The notes below the pieces were generated by a model, which had not been told where the DNA came from, made no database searches, and saw only the letters and a list, made by a program, of their open reading frames with translations. DNA of 64,000 nucleotides from sequence record MW584180.1, one strand, 5' to 3'. A program made the position numbers and the translations under genes. This document shows positions 18,385 through 25,976 of this stretch, one piece after another. This stretch comes from Mycobacterium phage prophiGD15-1. Within the stretch, counting starts at the first letter, position 1. Every line of letters starts with the position of its first letter.

Positions 18385-18702
18385 ATGCGTGACGATATTC
18401 ACCCTGGACCGCGCATCATCTCCGGTAAAGCGGAACTACCCTGCCTGAAACCGGAGCCCTGGATGATCCAGGCGTCCTGCGCCACCGCAGACCCGGACGC
18501 GTTTTTCCCCCATAAGCGTGGCGACGGTGATAGCGAGTCGATCACCGTGCAGTACCAATACGCCAAGAAGATATGCCGCTCATGCCCAGTCAGGGTTGAG
18601 TGTTTGACCTACGCGATCGTCAACGACGAACGCGACGGGATCTACGGCGGCTTAGGCCCTCGTGAGCGCGCGAAGATCATGCGTAACAGGGAGGCAAGCT
18701 GA
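18385..18702 (+). CDS. whiB: WhiB-family transcription regulator.
   Basis: Four conserved Cys (C…C..C…..C: CATADPDAFFP…CRSCPVRVECL) and a G(I/V)(W/Y)GG turn (GIYGG). Confidence 0.75.
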   Translation: MRDDIHPGPRIISGKAELPCLKPEPWMIQASCATADPDAFFPHKRGDGDSESITVQYQYAKKICRSCPVRVECLTYAIVNDERDGIYGGLGPRERAKIMRNREAS

Positions 18703-19016
18703 TGCCGCACTCAAGCCCTACCGACTGGATAGCCGGTGGAAGTGTCGCCGCAGACATCGTTGGATGCCTCACCGGTCTGGTCGCGGACCTGTCCTGGCAG
18801 GATAAAGCGGCGTGCCGTGGACTCCCTACGGAGTGGTGGTTCCCGGACCAAGGCGGCAGCCGGGAATGTAAGCGGGCCAAGGAAATCTGCCACGGCTGCC
18901 CAGTCAAACTCCAATGCCTCCAATTCGCGATAGAGGTACACGACCAGCACGGAATTTACGGGGAGCTGTCATTGAAGGACAGGCGCAGGTGGAACCAGGA
19001 AAGGAAAGCGGGCTAG
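18702..19016 (+). CDS. whiB: Second WhiB-family regulator, a paralog in tandem.
   Basis: CRGLPTEWWFP…CKRAKEICHGCPVKLQCL…GIYGE. Confidence 0.7.
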   Translation: MPHSSPTDWIAGGSVAADIVGCLTGLVADLSWQDKAACRGLPTEWWFPDQGGSRECKRAKEICHGCPVKLQCLQFAIEVHDQHGIYGELSLKDRRRWNQERKAG

Positions 19017-19057
19017 ACACCGCGAATGTCAGTGTATCGGAGGATAATTGAGGTATG
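19014..19057 (+). repeat. Gene-junction repeat, copy A.
   Basis: TAGACACCGCGAatgtcagtgtatcggagGATAATTGAGGTATG. Confidence 0.8.
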
Positions 19058-19486
19058 GGAATGACTGATTTACAGAACGTCCACGAGCGCATTGCGGGCA
19101 AGCGTATAGCCTCCGTCGAGGCCGACGGTACGAGGCTGGTGCTAAACGATGGCACTGTGCTGCATCTCTACATGTCAGACAGTGACTGTTGTGCTTCCGC
19201 CGATGGGAAGTGGGTAATCCAGCCGGACGCGCTGGAGGCGATTATTACCGGCGTTCAGGTTACACCAGACGCGGATCGGAGCGGTTATGACGGTGACGGA
19301 AATACCAACTACGCCACCATCTCAATTCTGCACAACCAGAACCCCATTGCCCTTGCAGACTGCTATGCCAATGACGGTAATGGGGGCTACTACTTCTCCG
19401 TGCTATCCCTCCGTGTTGTCATGCCCGGTGACGAAGATGACGTCAAGGTGGAAGTCCTGAACTCTGACTCCTCGTCCAGCGATTGA
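19055..19486 (+). CDS. Hypothetical protein.
   Basis: Start is embedded in the junction repeat. Confidence 0.45.
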   Translation: MGMTDLQNVHERIAGKRIASVEADGTRLVLNDGTVLHLYMSDSDCCASADGKWVIQPDALEAIITGVQVTPDADRSGYDGDGNTNYATISILHNQNPIALADCYANDGNGGYYFSVLSLRVVMPGDEDDVKVEVLNSDSSSSD

Positions 19487-19500
19487 GGAGGTAGTGAGAG

Positions 19501-19794
19501 TTGAGTGCTGAACCGCTGCAATGGGACCACAACCCAGATATTCGCGTCCCAAAGAATGGGTGCCGCGCCGAAGTTGACGGCGGTGCTTACATTCTGTTCA
19601 AGTACGGCGCTAGTTCGTGGCAGGTGCTTTTCAGCACTGGGTGGCATATACCCGATGAGGTCTATCTCGGCGACAGCGAATCAGACGCACTAGCCGCAGC
19701 AGAAGCTCACCATATCGCCATTAGGCAGAGAACGATCTACCGTCGAACGGGCAGGAGTGACGATGCCGCAGCGGATTCAGCGGAAGCGCACTAG
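19501..19794 (+). CDS. Hypothetical protein.
   Basis: ORF with a TTG/GTG-type start. Confidence 0.35.
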   Translation: MSAEPLQWDHNPDIRVPKNGCRAEVDGGAYILFKYGASSWQVLFSTGWHIPDEVYLGDSESDALAAAEAHHIAIRQRTIYRRTGRSDDAAADSAEAH

Positions 19795-20131
19795 GGGTTG
19801 GCGAATGCCCGAGGGTGCTATCTACGTCGGGCGACCGAGCCAATGGGGCAACCCGTTTCGACCTGTTCTCGTCGGTGGCGAGTGGCTCATAGAGGATGAC
19901 AACGGCGTCCAGTACGACGGGTTCGGGAGCAAGGTAAGCGCTATCGGTCGGTGCGTTGCGCTCTACCGGTCGCTCGATATGACGTTCATGACAGACGCAG
20001 ACCTAGACGAGTTCGTCGCGCCGCTACGGGGCCACGATCTCGCCTGCTGGTGCTCTCTCGATTCCCCTTGTCATGCAGACGTGCTGCTTGAACTCGCTAA
20101 CGATCCACCGTCGAACGGAGAAGCTTTGTGA
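19757..20131 (+). CDS. DUF4326-family protein.
   Basis: RKRTRGWRMPEGAIYVGRPSQWGNPF…GHDLACWC…CHADVLLE is characteristic of DUF4326, common in mycobacteriophages. Confidence 0.55.
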   Translation: MTMPQRIQRKRTRGWRMPEGAIYVGRPSQWGNPFRPVLVGGEWLIEDDNGVQYDGFGSKVSAIGRCVALYRSLDMTFMTDADLDEFVAPLRGHDLACWCSLDSPCHADVLLELANDPPSNGEAL

Positions 20132-20270
20132 GCGAACTACGTAGAGCACTGTTGGTAGCCAAAGCGGAAGCGGCACTTATCCCCACCGGCCGACGGGCTG
20201 AGCTCGACCGCAGATTCACTGCGGCCCAGAAGGCGGCACAGGCTCACGCCACGTACAGGAGGTCCGCTTA

Positions 20271-20948
20271 GTGTCCGTCTCCGACAGCTTCTTTCTCGAT
20301 AAAGGCTCCCAACACAAGCTCCGTGAAGAGTTGGCCAGCATCCCCCGCATGATCGGGGAGCTGTCCGTCACCCTCACCCGCCAGGCTCGCATCCAGAGGC
20401 CAGGGTTGAGTATGTCCCGAAGGCCCAAGCCTGAGTCTCAGGTCCCCATCCATATCGGGGCACACAACGCCGCTGACGTACTGCACAACTGCCTAGGTAC
20501 GTGGGTGAGGCTGGTATGCGAACAACGAGCGATCGTGTGGGATAAGGGCAACGACATCATCACGCTGGCCAAGTGGCTGCGAGTCAACATGATCGCCCTA
20601 GCCCTCACTGAAGGTTCAGAAGAAGCGTACGAGGACATCAAAGCCGCTATCGATGACTGCTGGCGACAGATAGACATCCCCGCCGACGATGACATTGTGA
20701 TCGACCGAGGACGAGTACATGAAGCGAACAAACACATCGTCACCGCCGACACCATCGAACCTATCGCCCGCCGGATAGGGGAGATGGGAAAGAAGCTGAA
20801 TGCGCAGCGGGTGCACTCGCTTACCCGTGGTGGGCATCTGCGTCCAGTCTCTAGCGACCCGGACACGGGTAAGAAGTTCTACCGACTGGGGGATGTGCTG
20901 CACGCGCACAACAACTGCGAGAAACGAGACCGAAAGAAGGGCGCATGA
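20271..20948 (+). CDS. Hypothetical protein.
   Basis: 225-aa ORF. Confidence 0.4.
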   Translation: MSVSDSFFLDKGSQHKLREELASIPRMIGELSVTLTRQARIQRPGLSMSRRPKPESQVPIHIGAHNAADVLHNCLGTWVRLVCEQRAIVWDKGNDIITLAKWLRVNMIALALTEGSEEAYEDIKAAIDDCWRQIDIPADDDIVIDRGRVHEANKHIVTADTIEPIARRIGEMGKKLNAQRVHSLTRGGHLRPVSSDPDTGKKFYRLGDVLHAHNNCEKRDRKKGA

Positions 20949-21145
20949 GCGACGGACGCGGCATGTACATGAAGTACCGAGTTGAGCGGATGGACGGCAA
21001 GGATATGGGGCCATGTTTCATCCTTGAATACAAGAAGGATCGCCACGCGCGGGTGGCACTTGCGGCGTATGCCGACGCGTGCGCCGAGGACAATCCTGGA
21101 CTAGCCCAAGACCTGCGGTGGACGCTAGAGGAGCTGGAGCGGTGA
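20945..21145 (+). CDS. Hypothetical small protein.
   Basis: ORF. Confidence 0.35.
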   Translation: MSDGRGMYMKYRVERMDGKDMGPCFILEYKKDRHARVALAAYADACAEDNPGLAQDLRWTLEELER

Positions 21146-21291
21146 GGGTCGGGACCTGTCCGAAGTGTAAGCACTTGGAAGGTCGACACATCCAGTCCAC
21201 GTACTTCGATGAAGAGACGTGGACTGGCCGATTCGTGTACGCCAGGTGCGATTGTGGCTGCACCCACTACGTCGTAGTGGAGCCGGTCTAG
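21142..21291 (+). CDS. Small Cys-rich (zinc-ribbon-like) protein.
   Basis: CPKCKH…CDCGC. Confidence 0.3.
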   Translation: MRVGTCPKCKHLEGRHIQSTYFDEETWTGRFVYARCDCGCTHYVVVEPV

Positions 21292-21440
21292 TGTCGGCCC
21301 TCGACTGTGAGGGGAGTGACCTAGATCCTGGTTGGTGCTGCACCCATAGATGCGATTTCAGGGACCCTAGGCATCCGCACTGCTGGCAGAACTGTGACGA
21401 AGAAGATTGCGCCGCCCCTGAGTGTGATTGGGTTGAGTAG
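21291..21440 (+). CDS. Small Cys-rich protein.
   Basis: CEGSD…WCCTHRCDF…CWQNCDEEDC. Confidence 0.3.
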   Translation: MSALDCEGSDLDPGWCCTHRCDFRDPRHPHCWQNCDEEDCAAPECDWVE

Positions 21441-21639
21441 TTCACGCTGGTCGCACATACTGCGCAGGCCAAGGTATCTCACGCATCTTCCACGCCTGCG
21501 TAGGGTTGGCCGCAGTGACCCAAACGATAGGCATATCGCGTCCGGGAACTACCCGAGTGGTAGTTAGACACTCAACTTCACCACCGGTTGCGGTGGTTAC
21601 GTAGACACGCATTCTAGCTTCAATACCCATACGTCTAGC

Positions 21640-21721
21640 GTCGGTCTTGCCAAAAGATCTGTAAAGAAAAATCTATGCGACACCGCGTTATGGCAGTGCC
21701 TTATGGCAAGCCGCAAAGGGA
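21640..21721 (+). promoter_or_regulatory. AT-richest non-coding stretch in the window, carrying direct repeats TTATGGCA-N5-TTATGGCA. Candidate internal promoter/operator for the downstream genes.
   Basis: ttgccaaaagatctgtaaagaaaaatctatgcgacaccgcgTTATGGCAgtgccTTATGGCAagccgc sits just upstream of the 21722 start. It is the only ~290-bp gene-free gap in the early region. Confidence 0.3.
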
Positions 21722-21982
21722 GTGAAACTGATGAACGTATGGATAGTCTCTGCGCATCGGTCCTGGGGCGACAGGATTGAATACCACGGACACAGGGGGG
21801 ATACCCACCGCTGGATGGGCTGGACGCGACCCATACCCAAGGTGGGGGAAGTTATTGAAACTGAATTGAAGTCCGGACGGGCGGCCCGCTTTCGGATAGT
21901 TGAGGTTGAGCGCGGGTACGGCACGGATGATATGTGGTGGGCCACAACCTCGGACGCGCCCATTTATGGAGCGACGACGTAA
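21722..21982 (+). CDS. Hypothetical protein.
   Basis: ORF with GGGAG SD. Confidence 0.4.
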   Translation: MKLMNVWIVSAHRSWGDRIEYHGHRGDTHRWMGWTRPIPKVGEVIETELKSGRAARFRIVEVERGYGTDDMWWATTSDAPIYGATT

Positions 21983-22028
21983 CTGCCTCCACCTTGCATA
22001 AGTATATCGGTTCTGATATATTAATGAG

Positions 22029-22361
22029 GTGACCGACGAAAAGCCTCTCCGCTGGATAGGTACCTCACTTGAGGACCTACGGGACTTCCCCGAAGCGGCA
22101 CGGCAGGACGCCGGTTACCAACTGGATAGGGTTCAGCACGGCCTAGAGCCCCACGACTGGAAGCCAATGCCAACAGTCGGCAAGGGCTGCCGCGAGATAC
22201 GCGTACGCACCGAAGACGGCGCGTACCGTGTGTTCTACGTAGCCACCCTTGGGGATGTGGTGTTCGTACTGCACAGCTTCGTCAAGAAGTCACAGAAGAC
22301 TTCCCAGCAAGACATCAACACCGGTAAGGCTCGATACAAGAAAGCGCAGGAGGAACTATGA
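22029..22361 (+). CDS. RelE/ParE-superfamily toxin of the HigB / phage Gp49-like (DUF891) type.
   Basis: LEDLRDFPEAARQDAGYQLDRVQHG…GKGCREIRVRTEDGAYRVFYVATLGDVVFVLHSFVKKSQKTSQQDINTGKARYK matches the Gp49-like/HigB pattern. Confidence 0.6.
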   Translation: MTDEKPLRWIGTSLEDLRDFPEAARQDAGYQLDRVQHGLEPHDWKPMPTVGKGCREIRVRTEDGAYRVFYVATLGDVVFVLHSFVKKSQKTSQQDINTGKARYKKAQEEL

Positions 22362-22609
22362 GCGTATGGGACGACATCGCCGACACCCCGCGCGAAGCGG
22401 AGAACCTTCGCGTGCGGTCTGAGCTGATGATGGCAATCGAAAAGAAGATCAACGAGCGCGAATGGACCCAGGTCCAGGCCGCCGAAGCACTCGGACTGAC
22501 CCAGCCTCGGGTGTCGGATCTGCTGCGCGGCAAGATCTCCAAGTTCTCCTTGGATGCTCTCGTGGACATCGCTTCCGGGTTGGATGTGCACGTGAAGGTG
22601 TGCGTCTGA
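22358..22609 (+). CDS. HTH XRE-family antitoxin (HigA-like), downstream of and overlapping the toxin gene.
   Basis: WTQVQAAEALGLTQPRVSDLLRGKISKFSLDALVDIA. The toxin-then-antitoxin order is typical of higBA. Confidence 0.6.
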   Translation: MSVWDDIADTPREAENLRVRSELMMAIEKKINEREWTQVQAAEALGLTQPRVSDLLRGKISKFSLDALVDIASGLDVHVKVCV

Positions 22610-22694
22610 TTGCGACACGCCGACCAGGGGATATACCCCTTAACCGCTGTCAAGTAGTAAACTGCGCATAGGCGCGACTTACACCCATTCTTTT

Positions 22695-22730
22695 AAACCC
22701 CCATCGACATTTGTTCGGTGGGGGTTTTTC
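22695..22730 (+). terminator. Rho-independent terminator (AAACCCCCA-loop-TGGGGGTTT followed by TTTCT). It may function in both directions.
   Basis: 9-bp perfect stem, 15-nt loop and a T-tract, immediately after the TA pair. Confidence 0.6.
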
Positions 22731-22880
22731 TATGCCCAAACGGAGGTTCCCTTATGCCTCTGTCTCGTGTCCGCTGCTGCATCCCCTGTGGCCGTATCCG
22801 CTACGCCCCCTGCTCTGCAGGGTGTCGAGTAGATCCCGAGAACGACCCAACAAGCTGGACAGAACAGGTGCCGCCGAGCG

Positions 22881-23105
22881 ATGAAGCTGAGTAAGGAAGC
22901 GCGCAATACCGTCGCCGACTGCATCAGTAAGGGCATCCACCTGACGCTGGACGTTCAGTGCGATGGCGAGCCGATGGGCGGCTGGTGCGATAAGTGCGAG
23001 AAACCGTCGATGGTCGAAGTGCAACTGCGTGGCATCTCCACTGACGCCGTGTACGACCTCGGACCCGCCGTCGTATGTGCAAACCATGAGGCTGGCGATG
23101 ATTGA
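22881..23105 (+). CDS. Hypothetical small protein.
   Basis: ORF. Confidence 0.35.
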   Translation: MKLSKEARNTVADCISKGIHLTLDVQCDGEPMGGWCDKCEKPSMVEVQLRGISTDAVYDLGPAVVCANHEAGDD

Positions 23106-23349
23106 ATGTCTTGGTTGCGGCTCGACGGTGGGGCAAGACGGCGATTGCCCGCGCCCCGAACACTGCGGAAACTGCCCACCTTGGGACTGTGACGAATGCG
23201 GCCAGCAGTGCTCGATCAACACCCCTTGCGGGTGCTGGATTTTCCTTGAAGGCATGAACCTCGCCGACATCAAGGCGGTACTCGCCGCAGCCGATCTGAG
23301 TGTCAATGTGGAGGTGCCGCCATGCTCGACAGATTCTTCGCGGCACTAG
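23098..23349 (+). CDS. Cys-rich small protein.
   Basis: CLGCGSTVGQDGDCPRPEHCGNCPPWDCDECGQQC. Confidence 0.35.
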   Translation: MIECLGCGSTVGQDGDCPRPEHCGNCPPWDCDECGQQCSINTPCGCWIFLEGMNLADIKAVLAAADLSVNVEVPPCSTDSSRH

Positions 23350-23618
23350 CCGGCGCCATGGCCCCTCCACTCGTGGCCATGTGTGAGCGCATCGCGGATA
23401 AGAAGATCCCTGACGACACCGTGCCGAAGTTCATGGACGGCCTGCTGGATATCGCCCGCGACGGCGTTGACCGCGCCGTGAGTGTGGTGCAGACGTCCGC
23501 TGACGGTATTGCCGGTAGCGCGGAAGCTGAACTAGGTCAGCTCGGCTCGGAGATTAGGGGAGTGGTCAAAGCGGCCAACCCCATAGATATTCTCGGCAGC
23601 CTGTTCGGGCGACGCTAG
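23322..23618 (+). CDS. Hypothetical protein.
   Basis: ORF. Its stop codon is the TAG of junction repeat B. Confidence 0.4.
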   Translation: MLDRFFAALAGAMAPPLVAMCERIADKKIPDDTVPKFMDGLLDIARDGVDRAVSVVQTSADGIAGSAEAELGQLGSEIRGVVKAANPIDILGSLFGRR

Positions 23619-23659
23619 ACACCGCTGATGTCGCTGCACCGCAGTAAAATTGAGGTATG
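23616..23659 (+). repeat. Gene-junction repeat, copy B.
   Basis: TAGACACCGCTGAtgtcgctgcaccgcagTAAAATTGAGGTATG. Confidence 0.8.
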
Positions 23660-23833
23660 AGCATTGAGACCGAGCGGCAGTTGAATCGCCGCTGCATTGA
23701 GCTGCAAGACGAGATAATCCGCTGGGGCGAGAAGGCGCAGTGGGCGCTTGAGCAAGATGACACCGGATGGTGGGGCGATGTCCTCGGTGGCATCGTCAAG
23801 CGCGGCAAGCTGATGGCAGAGAAGGGCACCTAA
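23657..23833 (+). CDS. Hypothetical 58-aa protein.
   Basis: Start lies in the junction repeat. Confidence 0.4.
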   Translation: MSIETERQLNRRCIELQDEIIRWGEKAQWALEQDDTGWWGDVLGGIVKRGKLMAEKGT

Positions 23834-23980
23834 CGATGTGCCCTCCACGCTGTCAGAACTGCATCCATCCGCAGCATGACCACGAAGGCTGGTTTGGTCG
23901 CTGCACCCGCGACGACTGCGAATGTAAGGCAATGCAGGACTGACTTGCCCCTACAGCCTCTCCGTTCTACTATCGAACAC

Positions 23981-24226
23981 ATGTTCGACAAGGTGTCATA
24001 CCGTATCGAAGGTGATGGACCCGTCACAGCGGTACTCACTTACCAAAACCGGGAGTACCGGCACACCTCCCGAACCATGTGGCTCGGACACGAAGACGGC
24101 ATGCCCCAAGGCTCCATCCAACTCGACGAGCATGTGTGGGCGCGGCTACAGCGCATCAACGGAACCATAGAAGCCACCATCACCGACTCTAAGACTGGTG
24201 AAAGCTACACCCTCACACCTGAATAG
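23981..24226 (+). CDS. Hypothetical protein. The ORF track's longer form starts at 23876.
   Basis: Its stop is the TAG of junction repeat C. A 35-aa Cys-rich ORF (23836-23943) may also be a gene. Confidence 0.3.
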   Translation: MFDKVSYRIEGDGPVTAVLTYQNREYRHTSRTMWLGHEDGMPQGSIQLDEHVWARLQRINGTIEATITDSKTGESYTLTPE

Positions 24227-24267
24227 ACACCGCGACTTACGCTGTAGCTCGGTAAAATTGAGGTATG
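24224..24267 (+). repeat. Gene-junction repeat, copy C.
   Basis: TAGACACCGCGActtacgctgtagctcggTAAAATTGAGGTATG. Confidence 0.8.
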
Positions 24268-24501
24268 GATGATCCCGAGATTGAAGTCGCTGAGGCGGTG
24301 TGTAAACGGCACAACTGGGACGGCATGATGTTTTGCGCTTGCACTGCCGCTGCTCGTGAAGCTTTGAAGCGAGTGGGCGCCGATCTGCAATCCGTCGATG
24401 GCGTCTTAGGTCTGCTTCATCATCGAGGGCTTGTTGACTCCGAGCGCAATAGAGCTGATGTGAAAGCTGCCCTCGAAATCGTACAGAGGTACACCCGATG
24501 A
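24265..24501 (+). CDS. Hypothetical protein.
   Basis: Start lies in the junction repeat. Confidence 0.4.
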   Translation: MDDPEIEVAEAVCKRHNWDGMMFCACTAAAREALKRVGADLQSVDGVLGLLHHRGLVDSERNRADVKAALEIVQRYTR

Positions 24502-24773
24502 CTGAACCATCTCAAGCCCATATAGACCGGGCACGTGAACTCGGCCTCTCTTTCGATCCTTCTGATACATCGGATGAAGAGTTAAGCCGTGCTATCGCAA
24601 CGTATGAGCGGGTTTACATCGAGGCGATGACCGAGAATGCTGGTAGGGACACTGATACTCCTACTGAGCGCCGCAAGATGCTGGGCGTATGGACTCAGCG
24701 CGATGAAGAAGAGGCCAAGGAAGCCGCTGAACGGCGGCGGATGTTCGGCTCCCGACGAATCCCACCCGCCTAG
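24498..24773 (+). CDS. Hypothetical protein.
   Basis: Stop is the TAG of repeat D. Confidence 0.4.
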   Translation: MTEPSQAHIDRARELGLSFDPSDTSDEELSRAIATYERVYIEAMTENAGRDTDTPTERRKMLGVWTQRDEEEAKEAAERRRMFGSRRIPPA

Positions 24774-24815
24774 ACACCGCTGATTCCTCTGAAACGTCGG
24801 ATAATTGAAGGTATG
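24771..24815 (+). repeat. Gene-junction repeat, copy D.
   Basis: TAGACACCGCTGAttcctctgaaacgtcgGATAATTGAAGGTATG. Confidence 0.8.
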
Positions 24816-25085
24816 GACATCACCGAGAAGCCATTGACCAACCTGGCTGACACAATACATACAGCCCTGATCGGACACAGGCCGGACGACTACGCCTGCT
24901 ACTACAAGCAGCTTTTCAATGTGTTTGGAGCGCCCGGCATCCCGAACACCTACGAGGCGGTACTCAAGCGTTACGGCAGGGTAATCCATCGAGAGACATT
25001 CTGGCGGCGCAAGAGCGCAGAGAAGCAATGCATCGCATGGAAGCGCTTGTATGACGCCGTCGTACTACCACCTCCACAGTCCTAG
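24813..25085 (+). CDS. Hypothetical protein.
   Basis: Flanked by repeats D and E. Confidence 0.4.
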   Translation: MDITEKPLTNLADTIHTALIGHRPDDYACYYKQLFNVFGAPGIPNTYEAVLKRYGRVIHRETFWRRKSAEKQCIAWKRLYDAVVLPPPQS

Positions 25086-25126
25086 ACACCGCTGATCCCG
25101 TTGAAACGCGGGATAATTGAGGTATG
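25083..25126 (+). repeat. Gene-junction repeat, copy E.
   Basis: TAGACACCGCTGAtcccgttgaaacgcggGATAATTGAGGTATG. Confidence 0.8.
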
Positions 25127-25291
25127 AACGACGAATTGAGCTTCCTGCTTGAGGCGTCGCCGGAAGAGTGGGATACCTTCATTGGATGCCCACATACAGG
25201 CAAGTCCTACACGGAAGTGGGACGGCTAACCGGCGAGGTGTTCACGCGCTGCTGCGACTGTCACACGGCTTTGCCTAATCTCCCGTCCTAG
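25124..25291 (+). CDS. Hypothetical 55-aa Cys/His-containing protein.
   Basis: Start lies in repeat E. Confidence 0.35.
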   Translation: MNDELSFLLEASPEEWDTFIGCPHTGKSYTEVGRLTGEVFTRCCDCHTALPNLPS

Positions 25292-25565
25292 CTGAATCCC
25301 TTTGGGAGGTAATCATGCTTGATGGTCAACCGTTGGGCGAGTACCCGGAACTGGGGCCGACGCACACCGCCGAGTATTTCGAGCTCCTAACACTGGCCTA
25401 CTTAGCCAGGCTCATGGGTTACCACATCTAGTGCCATGCCCCTCACTGCTAACCAGCTCCGCATCCTAGAGGCGTTGCAGCGGTTACGTATAGCCCGTAC
25501 TGAGGGCGATGTTGACGCCGAGCTCGTGGCCTACAGCCGCATGGATGAGCTACTGGATCGTGAAC

Positions 25566-25847
25566 CTAGGGGCATAGGTTCCGTTTCGCCGATCGCGCCA
25601 TAGCCAACAGATTGGCTGGTGTCGCGTTCGGATAGTTGGAGTGCGAGGCGACCTGCTCGGGGGTTTCCCCGTTGCGCAAGTCATTGCACATGCCGTTCCC
25701 GGCGGCCAGTAGGAACGGCCGGGACTGCCACATCACTTGAAAACCCTGCCCGGACAGTTCGTCCAGGTAGGCGTCATCGTCCGCGTACGCCGCGGGCGCG
25801 AAAACAATGCTGGCCGCTACGGCGGCTGCAGCTGCGATCTTGATCAT
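25566..25847 (-). CDS. Secreted DUF732-like protein (signal peptide), on the opposite strand to its neighbours.
   Basis: MIKIAAAAAVAASIVFAPAAYA, then DDAYLDEL…GMCNDLRNGETPEQVA…LCP. Leftward gene in a rightward operon, typical of a moron. Confidence 0.5.
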   Translation of the reverse strand: MIKIAAAAAVAASIVFAPAAYADDDAYLDELSGQGFQVMWQSRPFLLAAGNGMCNDLRNGETPEQVASHSNYPNATPANLLAMARSAKRNLCP

Positions 25848-25976
25848 TGGCGGATCGTAGACCTCCACCCCGACGGGTACAGGCGAAACGGGAGATCAGA
25901 TGGCCGTGCAGCACTGCGAGTACTGCGGCCGCCGCCTCCGGTACGACTGCTGCCCGCACTGTGAAGAGGGTGAGTA

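Noticed and set aside
21442-21630. Leftward 62-aa ORF in the non-coding gap
   Set aside because: It has no SD, it opposes the orientation of the surrounding operon, and it lies in a region better explained as regulatory. Left uncalled.
23616-25126. CRISPR array formed by the 45-bp repeats
   Set aside because: Spacing is 0.3-0.6 kb with protein-coding genes between copies. Each repeat contains a stop codon, an SD and a start codon. A sixth copy is 21 kb away on the other strand, and no cas genes are present.
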